A DNA stretch of 64,000 bases from Aplysia californica. Taxonomy: Eukaryota. This document shows, piece after piece, positions 1 to 14,000 of the stretch; positions within the stretch are counted from its first letter, which is position 1, and every line of letters begins with the position of its first letter. The stretch spans positions 82,083 through 146,082 of the forward strand of contig NW_004798332.1 in the NCBI RefSeq assembly GCF_000002075.1. Reading direction: 5' to 3'. Below the pieces are notes generated by a model that saw only the letters and a program-made list of their open reading frames with translations, made no database searches and had not been told where the DNA came from. The position numbers were made by a program, and so were the translations under genes.

Positions 1-1422
1 CCCCCCCCCGATCCCCCTACTTTTCCTTTAGTGGACTGTGCTTATAAGACCATAATATCATACTTAATAATATGCAGCTTCACATTTACAGAGCTGTGAT
101 ATTTTTTGTGCGGATCAAACTAAACTTTGTACCAAAAATTCCTCTTGTCCGTCATTTGTTTTTTGTTTTTTTAACCCTTGATATGACAGGCATACAAAGA
201 TGACAATGACAATGACAATCTTTATTCATCTCACAGGGAGAAATTTATGAGCTCACATATATGCACTCTCAAACACATCCACATAAATAGACACACATAT
301 CCACAGAGGTAGAATCTGTACACAGGGTTGTGTTGTTACTACAAGAATTTAGTCTAAACGACATTTCACAAGCATTAGAATGGCAGAGGGTTAAACATTT
401 AAACTGGGGAATGGGTTAAAAAGACATTTAAATCATGGTATTGCTCAAAATGATTAATGAGCATGAATAAGAAAGGAAACATTTCAGATATCAGGTTAGA
501 CATAATTCAGAGAAGCAACACACACAAAACGAGCCACTCTTGTTGCATTTAGCTATTTTTAGATATGACTCTCCTCCAGGCAGTGTACTGAAACTTCAGC
601 ATATTTTTAAACAAAAATCAATTCTGATCCTCAAAGTACCCCACAAATTTGAAAGGATGGATTTCTCTGTAGCTAGGGAGTGAAAGTCATTTTTATTTCA
701 CTTTCTAAACCATTTTTTCCATAAAGCCTAACATCTTTAGCCTACAGGCTTGTCTCTAAATAAAAAACAAAAACAAAACAAAAACAACTATGACGTCAGG
801 ACTAAAGCAGATAAATCAACATTATATATATTCTAAACAACTTATAAACATGGAAAAAAAAATCTGATACTTCATACCCATATTGTGACGTAGTCTAAAT
901 ACGACAAGTGACTCATTTTGTCATGTAGCCACAAATATAGTTAGACCAATAAGACAAGTTTCTTGAAATTGAAAGTAAAAACCCTTACACTACACATTTA
1001 TGACAGAATAGTTTACATCTAGTACACATATTTGTCAAAGGACAAAGGTCAACATGAAAAAATTAAAAACAATTATTAACACAAAAGGAAAACATTTATG
1101 TATCTCAAGATCAAAGAAAAACGACATAAAAAAGAGAAACCTTTAATCAAGCCTGGGAAAATAAGAGAAAGATTACCTTTTCTGTAAAAGGTTTCCTAAT
1201 TCTCTGAAGGTTACATTTATAAAGTAATGATGTAGACTTGACAACTTGTTCTGCGCCCTAGTTTTTCCCCTCCCCTCCTCTCCCTGCCATCCAAGAAAAG
1301 AAAAACCTTGAATGAAAACAAAACTTATGGTAACAACGACAACAAACATGAAAAAGGCCAGGGAAGAAGAAAAAAAAAAGACCCAAAATAGGTTGTTTGA
1401 GGATAAGTTTGAGAAAACCCAC

Positions 1423-1585
1423 CTTTTGAGCACAGGTAATCAAATTTTGATCAGCCAGAACTTCTGTTAGCCTTAGGTTGTTTTTCACTGCTTTTGATGC
1501 TGTAGATCTTGCATGCATCGGCAGCTGCATTTGATAAGCAGAGTCTGTGTAGTCTATTGGCATTTCAGGAGGGACCTTCTTCACC
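1423..1585 (-). CDS. SPATA4: SPATA4 coding exon 4
   Basis: ttcttcag|g GTG AAG...CAA AAG|gtgggt; encodes VKKVPPEMPIDYTDSAYQMQLPMHARSTASKAVKNNLRLTEVLADQNLITCAQK. Confidence 0.9.
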
Positions 1586-1850
1586 CTGAAGAATAAGATC
1601 AAGAGAAGAACAGAATAAGTTTTTAGTTAAGAATTCGGAAAAAACTAAAATATCAGTGAAAGCTGTCACATTAATACAGTAAGGTCTGAAAATTAAAGCC
1701 ACAAAGCTTTATTTATTAACATCAAGATTTTAACAATTTTGTTTTTCTTTCAAAAGAGGCTAAAAGGCATTTTTTCCTAAAAATTCATAAGTGTATCCTA
1801 TCTCTATGTTAATGCAATTAAATAACAAAACTCTTTAATAAGGAGGCATG

Positions 1851-1901
<51 letters not shown>

Positions 1902-4397
1902 AAGGGGGAGGGAGGGAATGAGGAGAGAGAGAGGGAGAGAGAGAGAGGGTGCATGTGTGTGTGTGTGTGTGTNNNNNNNNNNNNNNNNNNNNNNNNNNNN
2001 NNNNNNNNNNNNNNNNNNNNNNNNNNNNNNNNNNNNNNNNNNNNNNNNNNNNNNNNNNNNNNNNNNNNNNNNTGTGTGCGTGTGTGTGTGTGTCCGTGTG
2101 TGTGTGTGTGTAAGTATACTTACTAAGAATATCACCCACTGCGATAAAAGACTAAGACTGATTTTGGGTGCTGGGATAACAAAAACGACATACTATTATA
2201 CTCCAGAGTCATTATCATTCTGAGTAAAGCGTGGAAGAGTGGTGGTTGAGGGAGTACGCGCTATTCTCATCATACAAAGCTGCAACCATGCCTTGTATAC
2301 ACTTTCAATAAATGCAAAAATCCACAGTATTTCAGTGAATATTTCCTTTAAGCTGTTACAAAAATGAGCCTTCAGTAATCATTTTACTTTCACTCAAAAT
2401 GATTGACACTTTGCCCTTACGCTACGCCGATCAGCGACAGTGTGAATAGCAAAAAAAACGATATAGTAATGATCTCCCTTTAGACAAGAACATTTGTTGA
2501 AGTTATAATTTCCTTTCAGAATGGTTTGTGTGCCCTTTGTTGAGTGCAATAATCAGTTTGTTTACAATTGGAGTGAATTTTTGGGGAAATAATTACAAAT
2601 TGATCTAGCAATAGCATGAGTGCTACTTTTCACTGACGCCATGATCATCTATGGATTTAAGTTCCGATTCTATTTTCTTTTTTGGTGAACAAGCGATCGT
2701 CAAGTTCAATTTTATCAATATGCTGAAAATTTTATATTGGTTGAGATACAAATATAGTACTGATGTACCCCATTTGTATCCTGGTACATGGGAACAAAGA
2801 TTTAGCACTCTGCACACTGGATGAGTGGATGGGAAGTGTTAAGGTATGGCAGTAGAGATCAGTAATACTATCTTACTGCAGTATCAAAGGCAGCAGTTAG
2901 CATGCCGGCAAAAAACTTTAAAATGCAATACAACAATAGCATAATGTGAATTATACTTCATCTATCCACACCATTACCTCACATCGACACAAATAATCGG
3001 TTCTACTAATGACTCTACAATGTTATGACATCAATGACCCCCAAAATTTTCCTTTTCCCGGCTTTATTGAAGCAGGAAAAGAAAAAGGATTAATTCACTT
3101 ATACTGAAAGAGATAGCTCTTATACTGAAATATTATACACAGCATACTTTCTGTTTGTGAGAATTTCATATAGCTTTTCTGTAAGCTGGGCAGCAGCTCC
3201 TTCTCTACAGTGAATAGTTCCATCCACATCTGCCATTTTCAGGTCAAGCTGATTTTTGAGGATGAACTGGAAAGAGCAAGTACAGACAATGTTGAGTCAT
3301 TAAAAAAAATAAAAAATTGTGTGTGTGTATATTATAATTTATATGTGTGTGGGCTTGCATGTGTATGTGTGCCTGTGAGTGCATATGTATATATGCAAAT
3401 ATGTGTGTTTGTGTGTGTGTAAGTTGTTAAATGGGCCCACAATAAGCATTTTCGGTCTTTTGATTCATCAGAAAAGTTGAGAGATAAATTCTGCATTGAC
3501 CAGCATTTAGAGCCTCCAAGGGAAAGGATTGAGCGCTATACAAATTCCACTAATTATCATGATCTTCTTTGTGGACTTGTTGTTTTGTCTTCAATTTTTA
3601 AGGGCTCGTATCCTTTCGAGTGCCATGACATGCTTTGTGAATTCCTGTTTGGCTAAAAAAAAAGTGCATCCATGTTTCATCATTAAAGACGGTATTCACC
3701 ATGTGTCAGGGGTCACAGTTCCAAGCACTGGAAGTTTCAGTCTCATGAATGTCCTCATCAACTATAGCTTAAGTTAGATGGCAGTAACCTTTGTGGGAGT
3801 AGCTTTTGTCCCCAGAGCGCTTTTGTCCCTTGCTCAGGAAATTCCAGTTTCTCTGCTTTTAAAATGCTGTACCTAGAGGAAAACCGTTTCTCTCCAGACT
3901 GAAGTGCTCAAAGCATCTGACTGCAAAGGTTCATAAAATCTAGTTGTTTCTTCACCAATTGCAGTAAAAAAATTTATGGATGACCGAATTTCACTTGCAG
4001 TTTGCAGTAAGGCTCACTTTCTCCACCTTCACTTAGGTTAGTGTAAATTATTCAGTTACTTTACAAAGCCATTATTATCTATGTAACTAAGCATCAGTAG
4101 ATATAAAAATTTTTGAAAACATTGTGTTCGAAAAGATGGTGCGATTTAGCGTTTGGGAAATCCTGCAGTCTTTTTTTCTACAATCCCCCTAATAATGTAC
4201 CCTTACATTTTTCAAGATATACCAGTTCCTTTGCTTCAGGTCTAAGGAATCTCTGTTGTAGAACGAATGCATCTGGATCTCTTGGGGGAAGTACCAAGAG
4301 AAAATTTCAGCAATCAAGTATCCATTCGAAAGGTCCCTGAAATTTGTTTAAAAAATTAATGAATGGGCAAAATAAAAAAGGATGTTATATTCAAATT

Positions 4398-4451
<54 letters not shown>

Positions 4452-5398
4452 CAGAGAGAGAGACAGAGAGAGAGTGGATTACATACAATGTGTCGTAATG
4501 GCCCCGCCTCACTATAGCCAAAATTCATGGAGGATACCAACAGAATAAATATTTGAGGGAATGTGTAGGCTTGTACATCCAAATTTCAAAATATTTGACA
4601 GTTTGTCTTATTGTTTTATTCAACAACCTCAATAATGGCTTCCTTGATCTCAACTGCAATATATATGACAAATATGATGTCATGTATAGTTGCCATTTTC
4701 AAAGCTTGAATGAAAATGAGGGCTTTATTGCTTCTCCTTTGCCTTTGTAGTATGATTATGACTCCTCTACGGTCAGTTTCAGCATTCCAAATAGATAGCG
4801 CTTACACTGAACCCATTTATTAGCAGGGTTTATAATCTGAACAGGAAAATTAAATACAGTAGTAGCTTTTCCAAAGAGCCCGCTCATTGGGAGACAAAAA
4901 ATGAGTGTTCTAAGGCCAATTTCATGGGGAATAACTCAGCTCCTACCATATAAGTCTATCGTTCTGGTTACATGTTTCTTCAATGATGAAATATGACCCA
5001 TAGGAAATATGTTGAAGCCTACTAAGGTAAGATAGAGAGGGGTTGCTTTTTTTAAAGTCTGACAAAAAAAATTACTATATATATGTATTTTCTTGTGAAG
5101 TCAACTGGCTTCAAGTTTTTTAGTAAATTTCCCTGAAGCAGCATACGATAGCATACTGAAACAATGAAACTCAACCAGCCGCATATCACTATGTAAATAA
5201 AGCGAAAGAACAATCAGTGAAGGGGCTTGCTTTTGAAAGACACAGACTCTTTCACTAGGTTTGAAGACACAATTCAATAAAAAGTTTAAAACACTCAGTG
5301 ATGGACATGACTGTAACTTGGAATCTACGCAAAACCTATTTGAAGGACATTGTACTCTTTTCAGTGGAATATAGTATGTATATCTTATGAGATCACAA

Positions 5399-5467
<69 letters not shown>

Positions 5468-8400
5468 ATCTNNNNNNNNNNNNNNNNNNNNNNNNNNNNN
5501 NNNNNNNNNNNNNNNNNNNNNNNNNNNNNNNNNNNNNNNNNNNNNNNNNNNNNNNNNNNNNNNNNNNNNNNNNNNNNNNNNNNNNNNNNNNNNNNNNNNN
5601 NNNNNNNNNNNNNNNNNNNNNNNNNNNNNNNNNNNNNNNNNNNNNNNNNNNNNNNNNNNNNNNNNNNNNNNNNNNNNNNNNNNNNNNNNNNNNNNNNNNN
5701 NNNNNNNNNNNNNNNNNNNNNNNNNNNNNNNNNNNNNNNNNNNNNNNNNNNNNNNNNNNNNNNNNNNNNNNNNNNNNNNNNNNNNNNNNNNNNNNNNNNN
5801 NNNNNNNNNNNNNNNNNNNNNNNNNNNNNNNNNNNNNNNNNNNNNNNNNNNNNNNNNNNNNNNNNNNNNNNNNNNNNNNNNNNNNNNNNNNNNNNNNNNN
5901 NNNNNTTAACGGAATCTCCCAGCTCCCCCCTTGATATATTCCTCTTTAATTACCTGTATAAAGCGGAAACCTGTCCAAAGCGGAAACGTTAAGAAAAATC
6001 CCCTCCCTTTCGAGGGTCTATACCTGTCTAAGACTGAAAATGTTTCGCCCGCTCAGCCCTGATTTGAAACAAAACTTGCAAGTTTTGTTCCGCCGGCTCT
6101 AAACTTAACGCCATGCTGCCGGGCAAGGAAGGGGAGTAGGGGTGCAACTTGAGGGTAGATGTTACTCCATCTATGTGAGCCCTATGTGATGAAGATGGTC
6201 AGGGTGGTGTGGGTGTGAAATCTCACGAGTACCAGTGAAAGTGTTTGAGTCACGCTCCGGCACGGAAAGTTTCATTGGCAGCCACAGGCCAGAGGTGTGA
6301 AATTAGTTTGACCAATGCCTGATGCCCTGATCGCACAGCCAGCCAAGAAAAGAGTTCCTCAAATCGTTGTTTCAAGGCAGTGAGGGGTGGCATTGGTTGA
6401 CTGTGCTGTTACACCAATGGGTGGGGCTAAGGGTGAAAGCAAAGATTTTCAAACGTTTCTGTTTTTAATAGGTCAAACAGCGATCCTATGAAATGCAGGC
6501 ACCGGTGATAATTGGATGAGTAAGACTGACGCATGCCATTATCAGAGAGGATAGCACTTGAGAGGTGTTTTATTTTGAACACTGCTTTCCGATCAGACAA
6601 GCTATCCTTGATCCCACTGGCTGGGCCTTTAAATAAATCCATGGATATCTACCTAAGTAATCTTCATTCTGCTTTTCTGTCAAAAACATTGTAAATATTG
6701 GAAGAATATAATATGCAGTTATCTTAAAGTCCATATCAGCACTAAATTCGCGGACTTAAGCCCAAATATTTGTGATGGCAAATAGAAAGAAACCTGCATT
6801 ATGTCCATGTCTATGAGTACGGTGTTTTCCGAGGCATTCAGGCTGATCAAAATAACTGTCCAATCAGTGGCTACGCTTCAACGCAGCCGTGATGTCACAG
6901 AGAGATGATGGCAAGCTTACATGTCTCGCGGCACGCGTTTCCCGCGTCAGGCAGTGTTTCCCTTTCAGGCTTTTTGGCCACGCGAAAAACGGGAACAACG
7001 TCGACGTAATTTTTTTCAAAATGCAATTGCTTCAAGGCTGATTTCACAAAATAGTTTCTAAGATCGAGGCCTATTATAAAAATCAGCCTGTCTGAGATGA
7101 TGCAGGAGCATTCCATGGATTAATCGACCACACATTTTCAAAAACCATCTCCTCAAAGGAACCACCTCGAAACTTTCTAATTGTTTTTAGCTCGGTGAAG
7201 ACATAAAAATCTGCGGAGGCTAGATCCATCTTTCTTCTCATTGGTTACCAAATTTGGGGACCTTTGGTTAATATTTAGATGGTTCCGCACCTTCTGAATT
7301 AGGAGAGTCAGAAATCACTGTGCCATTCTAGCTGCTTTTTCGGTTTTGTTACCGACCAATCCTCTTTCTTTGATAATATCTCGACTGTTGCTGAAGATAT
7401 GGGAGAAAAATTTTTTTCAGTGAAGGTATCAATTTCTCCTGCGTGTATTGATGTATGATACATAGGCCTGGCTGACGCAAAGAAAAATGCTTTAAATAAG
7501 CATGTTCTCAGTTAACCCAGGGCCCTGTCTCGCGCGAGTCTACCTCGTTTTCGCACTGCCACGCGGGGCGAGTGCCGTATTGCTATATATAATATACCCG
7601 GTATATAGGATTTCTAATATATTTAAAAGGTTAGCTTGATTGGTATATATAATGTTGAAAGGCCGCAATAAAAACCCAAAACTTACTTATACTTTTATAA
7701 AATGTTAAAAGGCCACGAAAAAAAAAATACCCAACAAAAACAAACAGATCCTACTCTGTAGACCGCAGAATCTTTATATTGGTTTGTCCAAGTGTCTAAA
7801 AGACATAATAATAAGACATTGTCAAGTAATTAAAATGAGCTCTTCCACACAATAATTTGACTATAGATGAATTAAAACTTTAGAGTGCTTAATAAGTTAA
7901 TTAAAACCAAAACAGTCGAAACAAGAGGATATATGACGAGAAGGCCCATCTCTGTACTGTATCAACTACAGTCTAGCATGCACATAACATAGAGTGAACA
8001 TGCACCTAGCGAAACATGCACAGCAAATCACTTTCCAGACCCTAGATCTAGATTTATTTATTTTTTACACCATGCATGTAGATCCCTTTGTATTTATTTA
8101 AATCATTGTAGGCTACATAGCGAAATTTACACACAATTAAAAAATTTCTGTGTCCTGTCAATTTTGTTATACGAATGCTAGGCTGCACTGTTTATTGTAT
8201 AAGTTATATATTATAGAACTAATCTAGATCTAGAATCTAGATCTAAATCTAGATCTAGATCTAGATCTAGATCTAGATCTACCTTTTAAAAAATAACTAA
8301 CATTAGACTTAGACAATCATTAGTTTAGAATCTAATCTAAATTTACAACAACAAACTCGTCAAAGTAAATAACAGATGAAAGACACCCTCACCACTTGGG

Positions 8401-8469
8401 ATTTTTAATTTGCCAAGTTAAATCGAGGCTTTGCAGCCACTTAAGCACTTCTCTAGACAGTCCAGACAT
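1423..8469 (-). CDS. SPATA4: Spermatogenesis-associated protein 4 (SPATA4/SPEF1-type CH domain), gene model, 3' end beyond window start
   Basis: Spliced exons 8469-8393, 4336-4207, 3266-3148, 1585-1423 with GT/AG and matching phases give [51 protein letters not shown]...GTIHCREGAA...DYTDSAYQMQLPMHARSTASKAVKNNLRLTE. This matches SPATA4 motifs recognised from memory (VLRWLQGLDL, DFSNGFLIAEIF, GTIHCK, FTDYSYQMRLP). Confidence 0.92.
1851..2110. repeat. (GA)n and (GT)n microsatellites around a gap; others at 4400-4473 (GA), 5401-5471 (TATC), 8222-8281 (AGATCT), 42378-42440 (GT), 63530-63610 (AAT/AAC)
   Basis: Directly visible simple repeats. Confidence 0.95.
3148..3266 (-). CDS. SPATA4: SPATA4 coding exon 3
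   Basis: tttccag|TTC...AGA AA|gtatgc; encodes FILKNQLDLKMADVDGTIHCREGAAAQLTEKLYEILTNR. Confidence 0.92.
4207..4336 (-). CDS. SPATA4: SPATA4 coding exon 2
   Basis: tttcag|g GAC...AAT|gtaagg; encodes [43 protein letters not shown]. Confidence 0.93.
8393..8469 (-). CDS. SPATA4: SPATA4 coding exon 1 (copy 1)
   Basis: ATG at 8469; [25 protein letters not shown] then tg|gtgagg, phase 2, joining exon 2 as TGG (W). Confidence 0.9.
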
Positions 8470-8544
8470 TTTCAGATTAACTAAATTATCAGTGTTGATA
8501 TTTCACAACTTAGACACTGATATCAATCCTATTTGAACTCAAAG

Positions 8545-8577
8545 CCGGATGTAACCATAAACGTATCTCATGACAAC
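8545..8577 (-). promoter_or_regulatory. Candidate SPATA4 proximal promoter: ETS-like CCGGATGT plus RFX X-box-like GTTGTCATGAGATAC
   Basis: Plus strand CCGGATGTAACCATAAACGTATCTCATGACAAC lies about 80-110 nt upstream of the SPATA4 ATG; another GTTGCCATG half-site at 8762. Confidence 0.45.
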
Positions 8578-9139
8578 AGCATTAGGATCGGAGTAAAATT
8601 AATTTCTTTTTCAGGTCTTCAATACAAAACTAGTCTTTGTGATTTATACTTATCAATAGAATCAAAACATTATTTTGTTTAAAGTAAAAAGAAATATTAA
8701 GTTTTTTTAAAATCCAATAGATAATTAAATTCTATATTAAGCCTGGTTCGTCTTTTTCAAAGTTGCCATGTTGGTCTAGATCTAGATGTAGATCTAGTCA
8801 ATAAAGAAGTTAGCAATCAATACATTTTAAACAAAAAGTGGATCTACGAACTTTGTATTAGTCTGAGACACTCAAACAAGCTTCATCTAGATATATGATA
8901 GCAACCTTTTATTCCCTGAAAAGAATTTGTTCATCCTTACACCAAACCTGTTTAAAATTGTGCAATGTCCTTGAAATCTGGCATTGACTACTTGTACTTG
9001 TACTTTCGATTTGTAAATTACACACAAGAAATCGAAGGTCTTGCAAAGGTCTGAAGTCTGAACTGCTGGGCTGGACTCCAATATTGACAATATCTTCAAA
9101 GTTTTAATAATTTCTGTTTCTATATTCGTTTGGTTATAG

Positions 9140-9205
9140 TCACACCAACAGAGAAAGCTGGACGATGCCACGAACTGAGGAGTAGACAAGAACTCGACAG
9201 GGTTG
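9140..9205 (+). other. Candidate non-coding first exon of MMAA (second copy ends at 13615)
   Basis: Strong donor TTG|GTGAGT after 9205. The MMAA ATG exon has an acceptor 44 nt before the ATG, so an upstream exon is required. The 5' boundary is a guess. Confidence 0.35.
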
Positions 9206-11048
9206 GTGAGTGGTGTGTGTGTGGTAGAACCAACGTCAACGTCCGTTCAAAAACTCAAAATTCAAAAGAGAGGCCAATATATTTATTATAGAATAACAAT
9301 TAACCATTTAACCCCTTCGTAACTCAGTACAGGTCAGTTCGTGCTTCACCGGGCACAATTTTGGATCCACAGGGACACATAATGCTAGGCTAGATTTAGT
9401 GGTCAGTTTCCTATAGCCTATTATTATAGTATAATATAGGGCTTTATAGGCCTATTGAATTGGTTTTTAGATCCGTTTTGTAATACTACTGAATCGTAAC
9501 ATAAAAATAAATTTCCCTGTAAAAAAAAATGCACTTTTTATAAGAGTACTTTCATTTCCAGACGTTTTGGTGTATGCTACAGCTAAATTTCAGCGTATTT
9601 GATTTAAATATATAGCTTTTTTTTTGTTAACACCCTTGATCAGAATTTTTCAAGGGGAAAACCACATGCCGTTAAACATAGAACGACACATCTTCCTGAT
9701 TGGCTGCTAATTTTAGTAATGTGATGTCATCACTTCCTTGGATACGCACAGACTATTTTAAGAAAGCCGTCAAGGTACCGCATTAATTACATGTTTTCTC
9801 TATTTTCAGTATGTAAATAATAACGTTTCGGAATTCCTAGTACTTGGACATGATGGAAGATCGCTTAGATCTAGATGGTTGATGCTCAGAACAGTAAAAT
9901 TAAGAACGCTGATGCTTGAAATTGAAACACACAGTAAACGCAAAAACAATAAACCCCACGAAAACTGCTGTAAAGACGCCGGTAAAGAATGACTCATCAC
10001 TTGTCGGATAACATCAATGAACTTTTAATGATTCAACGGGGTTACAAGTGATGACGACNNNNNNNNNNNNNNNNNNNNNNNNNNNNNNNNNNNNNNNNNN
10101 NNNNNNNNNNNNNNNNNNNNNNNNNNNNNNNNNNNNNNNNNNNNNNNNNNNNNNNNNNACACACACATTAATATAAATGGTGTATTGGCAGTAATATAAT
10201 ATTAATATAGCAATACCACAGCTTTTTAAAAGATGGGTACCACTAACCTATAAACATCACAGGTATAGAAGTATAAAGATCAATAGTCCAGAAGTAAAAT
10301 GCTTTTTAGTTTTTCAAAATCGGTCCCTAAATAAAAAAAGTTCTGGCTGTGTACATGTCCGAAATTGTGGGTATTTTGGGGAAAATTCCTATAGAGGAAT
10401 AAAGAAAGGCAAATGGCACTAGAAAATTGAAAATCCATAACTTTCACATTTATGAATGGAATGAGCTAAAAATCGGTGAGCTTATGTTTTTGGGGAAACA
10501 AAGTAGAAAATGGACGAATTTAAGTTGTAATCTCCATACCTTGTTAATTATATGCAAATTAATAATTAAATATGCATAATTATAAAAAAATAAGCCTATA
10601 TATGGCTTAATAATAGACATATATGTCCATTTTGTTACATGTGGATGTATGCAAATATGTGTTAACAAAGAGACGAATTAGAAAATGCGACAAATAAGGT
10701 TTTAAATGTTTGATTATGCACTCATTTGAATATATATGCGCATGATTAATTAACCAAATTGTAACCGAACAGCTCAAAGAGTAGGAAACTAACAGGTTAA
10801 TCAATAATATCAAGCTCAGTTTCTTTTAAAAAAATAAAAAAATTGAAACTATGATATATGCAAATAACTCAAACTGATTATGCACATAACTAATCAATTA
10901 CAGTTATCTTAGCATATATATATATATGCCTTAGAACTAATATATTGCATTCATTCCTATTTGAAGTATGTGTATTCTGTAATTGTTCTTCTGCTTTATC
11001 GATCATTATTATGAGTAAGTATATAATAGGCCTACACATAATGTATGC

Positions 11049-14000
11049 ATAAATCCATGGATATCTACCTGAGTAATCTTCATTCTGCTTTTCCGTCAAA
11101 AACATTGTAAATATTGGAAGAATATAATATGCAGTTATCTTAAAGTCCATATCAGCACTAAATTCGCGGAATTAAGCCCAAATATTTGTGATGGCAAATA
11201 GAAAGAAACCTGCATTATGTCCATGTCTATGAGTACGGTGTTTTCCGAGGTATTCAGGCTGATCAAAATAACTGTCCAATCAGTGGCTACGCTTCAACGC
11301 AGCCGTGATGTCACAGAGAGATGGTGGCAAGCTTACATGTCTCGCGGCACGCGTTTCCCGCGTCAGGCAGTGTTTCCCTTTCAGGCTTTTTGGCCACGCG
11401 AAAAATGGGAACAACGTCGACGTAATTTTTTTCAAAATGCAATTGCTTCAAGGCTGATTTCACAAAATAGTTTCTAAGATCGAGGCCTATTATAAAAATC
11501 AGCCTGTCTGAGATGATGCAGGAGCATTCCATGGATTAATCGACCACACATTTTCAAAAACCATCTCCTCAAAGGAACCACCTCGAAACTTTCTAATTGT
11601 TTTTAGCTTGGTGAAGACATAAAAATCTGCGGAGGCTAGATCCATCTTTCTTCTCATTGGTTACCAAATTTGGGGACCTTTGGTTAATATTTAGATGGTT
11701 CCGCACCTTCTGAATTAGGAGAGTCAGAAATCACTGTGCCATTCTAGCTGCTTTTTCGGTTTTGTTACCGACCAATCCTCTTTCTTTGATAATATCTCGA
11801 CTGTTGCTGAAGATATGGGAGAAAAAATTTTTTCAGTGAAGGTATCAATTTCTCCTGCGTGTATTGATGTATGATACATAGGCCTGGCTGACGCAAAGAA
11901 AAATGCTTTAAATAAGCATGTTCTCAGTTAACCCAGGGCCCTGTCTCGCGCGAGTCTACCTCGTTTTCGCACTGCCACGCGGGGCGAGTGCCGTATTGCT
12001 ATATATAATATACCCGGTATATAGGATTTCTAATATATTTAAAAGGTTAGCTTGATTGGTATATATAATGTTGAAAGGCCGCAATAAAAACCCAAAACTT
12101 ACTTATACTTTTATAAAATGTTAAAAGGCCACGAAAAAAAAAATACCCAACAAAAACAAACAGATCCTACTCTGTAGACCGCAGAATCTTTATATTGGTT
12201 TGTCCAAGTGTCTAAAAGACATAATAATAAGACATTGTCAAGTAATTAAAATGAGCTCTTCCACACAATAATTTGACTATAGATGAATTAAAACTTTAGA
12301 GCGCTTAATAAGTTAATTAAAACCAAAACAGTCGAAACAAGAGGATATATGACGAGAAGGCCCATCTCTGTACTGTATCAACTACAGTCTAGCATGCACA
12401 TAACAAAGAGTGAACATGCACCTAGCGAAACATGCACAGCAAATCACTTTCCAGACCCTAGATCTAGATTTTTTTTTTTTTTTTTACACCATGCATGTAG
12501 AAGATCCCTTTGTATTTATTTAAATCATTGTAGGCTACATAGCGAAATTTACACACAATTAAAAAATTTCTGTGTCCTGTCAATTTTGTTATACGAATGC
12601 TAGGCTGCACTGTTTATTGTATAAGTTATATATTATAGAACTAATCTAGATCTAGAATCTAGATCTAAATCTAGACCTAGATCTAGATCTACCTTTTAAA
12701 AAATAACTAATATTAGACAATCATTAGTTTAGAATCTAATCTAAGAATCTAAATTTACAACAACAAACTCGTCAAAGTAAATAACAGATGAAAAACACCC
12801 TCACCACTTGGGATTTTTAATTTGCCAAGTTAAATCGAGGCTTTGCAGCCACTTAAGCACTTCTCTAGACAGTCCAGACATTTTCAGATTAACTAAATTA
12901 TCAGTGTTGATATTTCACAACTTAGACACTGATATCAATCCTATTTGAACTCAAAGCCGGATGTAACCATAAACGTATCTCATGACAACAGCATTAGGAT
13001 CGGAGTAAAATTAATTTCTTTTTCAGGTCTTCAATACAAAACTAGTCTTTGTGATTTATACTTATCAATAGAATCAAAACATTATTTTGTTTAAAGTAAA
13101 AAAAAATATTAAGTTTTTTAAAAATCCAATAGATAATTAAATTCTATATTAAGCCTGGTTCGTCTTTTTCAAAGTTGCCATGTTGGTCTAGATCTAGATG
13201 TAGATCTAGTCAATAAAGAAGTTAGCAATCAATACATTTTAAACAAAAAGTGGATCTACGAACTTTGTATTAGTCTGAGACACTCAAACAAGCTTCATCT
13301 AGATATATGATAGCCCTTTTATTCCCTGAAAAGAATTTGTTCATCCTTACACCAAACCTGTTTAAAATTGTGCAATGTCCTTGAAATCTGGCATTGACTA
13401 CTTGTACTTGTACTTTCGATTTGTAAATTACACACAAGAAATCGAAGGTCTTGCAAAGGTCTGAAGTCTGAACTGCTGGGCTGGACTCCAATATTGACAA
13501 TATCTTCAAAGTTTTAATAATTTCTGTTTCTATATTCGTTTGGTTATAGTCACACCAACAGAGAAAGCTGGACGATGCCACGAACTGAGGAGTAGACAAG
13601 AACTCGACAGGGTTGGTGAGTGGTGTGTGTGTGGTAGAACCAACGTCAACGTCCGTTCAAAAACTCAAAATTCAAAAGAGAAGCCAATATATTTATTATA
13701 GAATAACAATTAACCATTTAACCCCTTCGTAACTCAGTACAGGTCAGTTCGTGCTTCACCGGGCACAATTTTGGATCCACAGGGACACATAATGCTAGGC
13801 TAGATTTAGTTTAGTGGTCAGTTTCCTATAGCCTATTATTATAGTATAATATAGGGCTTTATAGGCCTATTGAATTGGTTTTTAGATCCGTTTTGTAATA
13901 CTACTGAATCGTAACATAAAAATAAATTTCCCTGTAAAAAAAAATGCACTTTTTATAAGAGTACTTTCATTTCCAGACGTTTTGGTGTATGCTACAGCTA

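Larger units (their letters stand above)
6633..9982. repeat. 3.35-kb direct duplication, copy 1
   Basis: Begins ATAAATCCATGG and ends GACGCCGG; near-identical (about 99% by eye) to 11049-14397. Confidence 0.97.

Noticed and set aside
1258-1422. C-terminal half of the 114-aa ORF
   Set aside because: Lies past the GTGGGT donor at 1422, so it is SPATA4 intron read-through
1804-2223. ORFs across microsatellites and N gaps (also 5350-5992, 30500-31360, 33916-34220, 42134-42662, 63276-63656)
   Set aside because: Open only because of simple repeats or Ns; no protein motifs
8887-9189. 100-109-aa minus ORFs present in both duplicated copies
   Set aside because: Non-ATG start, no homology, and an indel changes the C-terminus between copies
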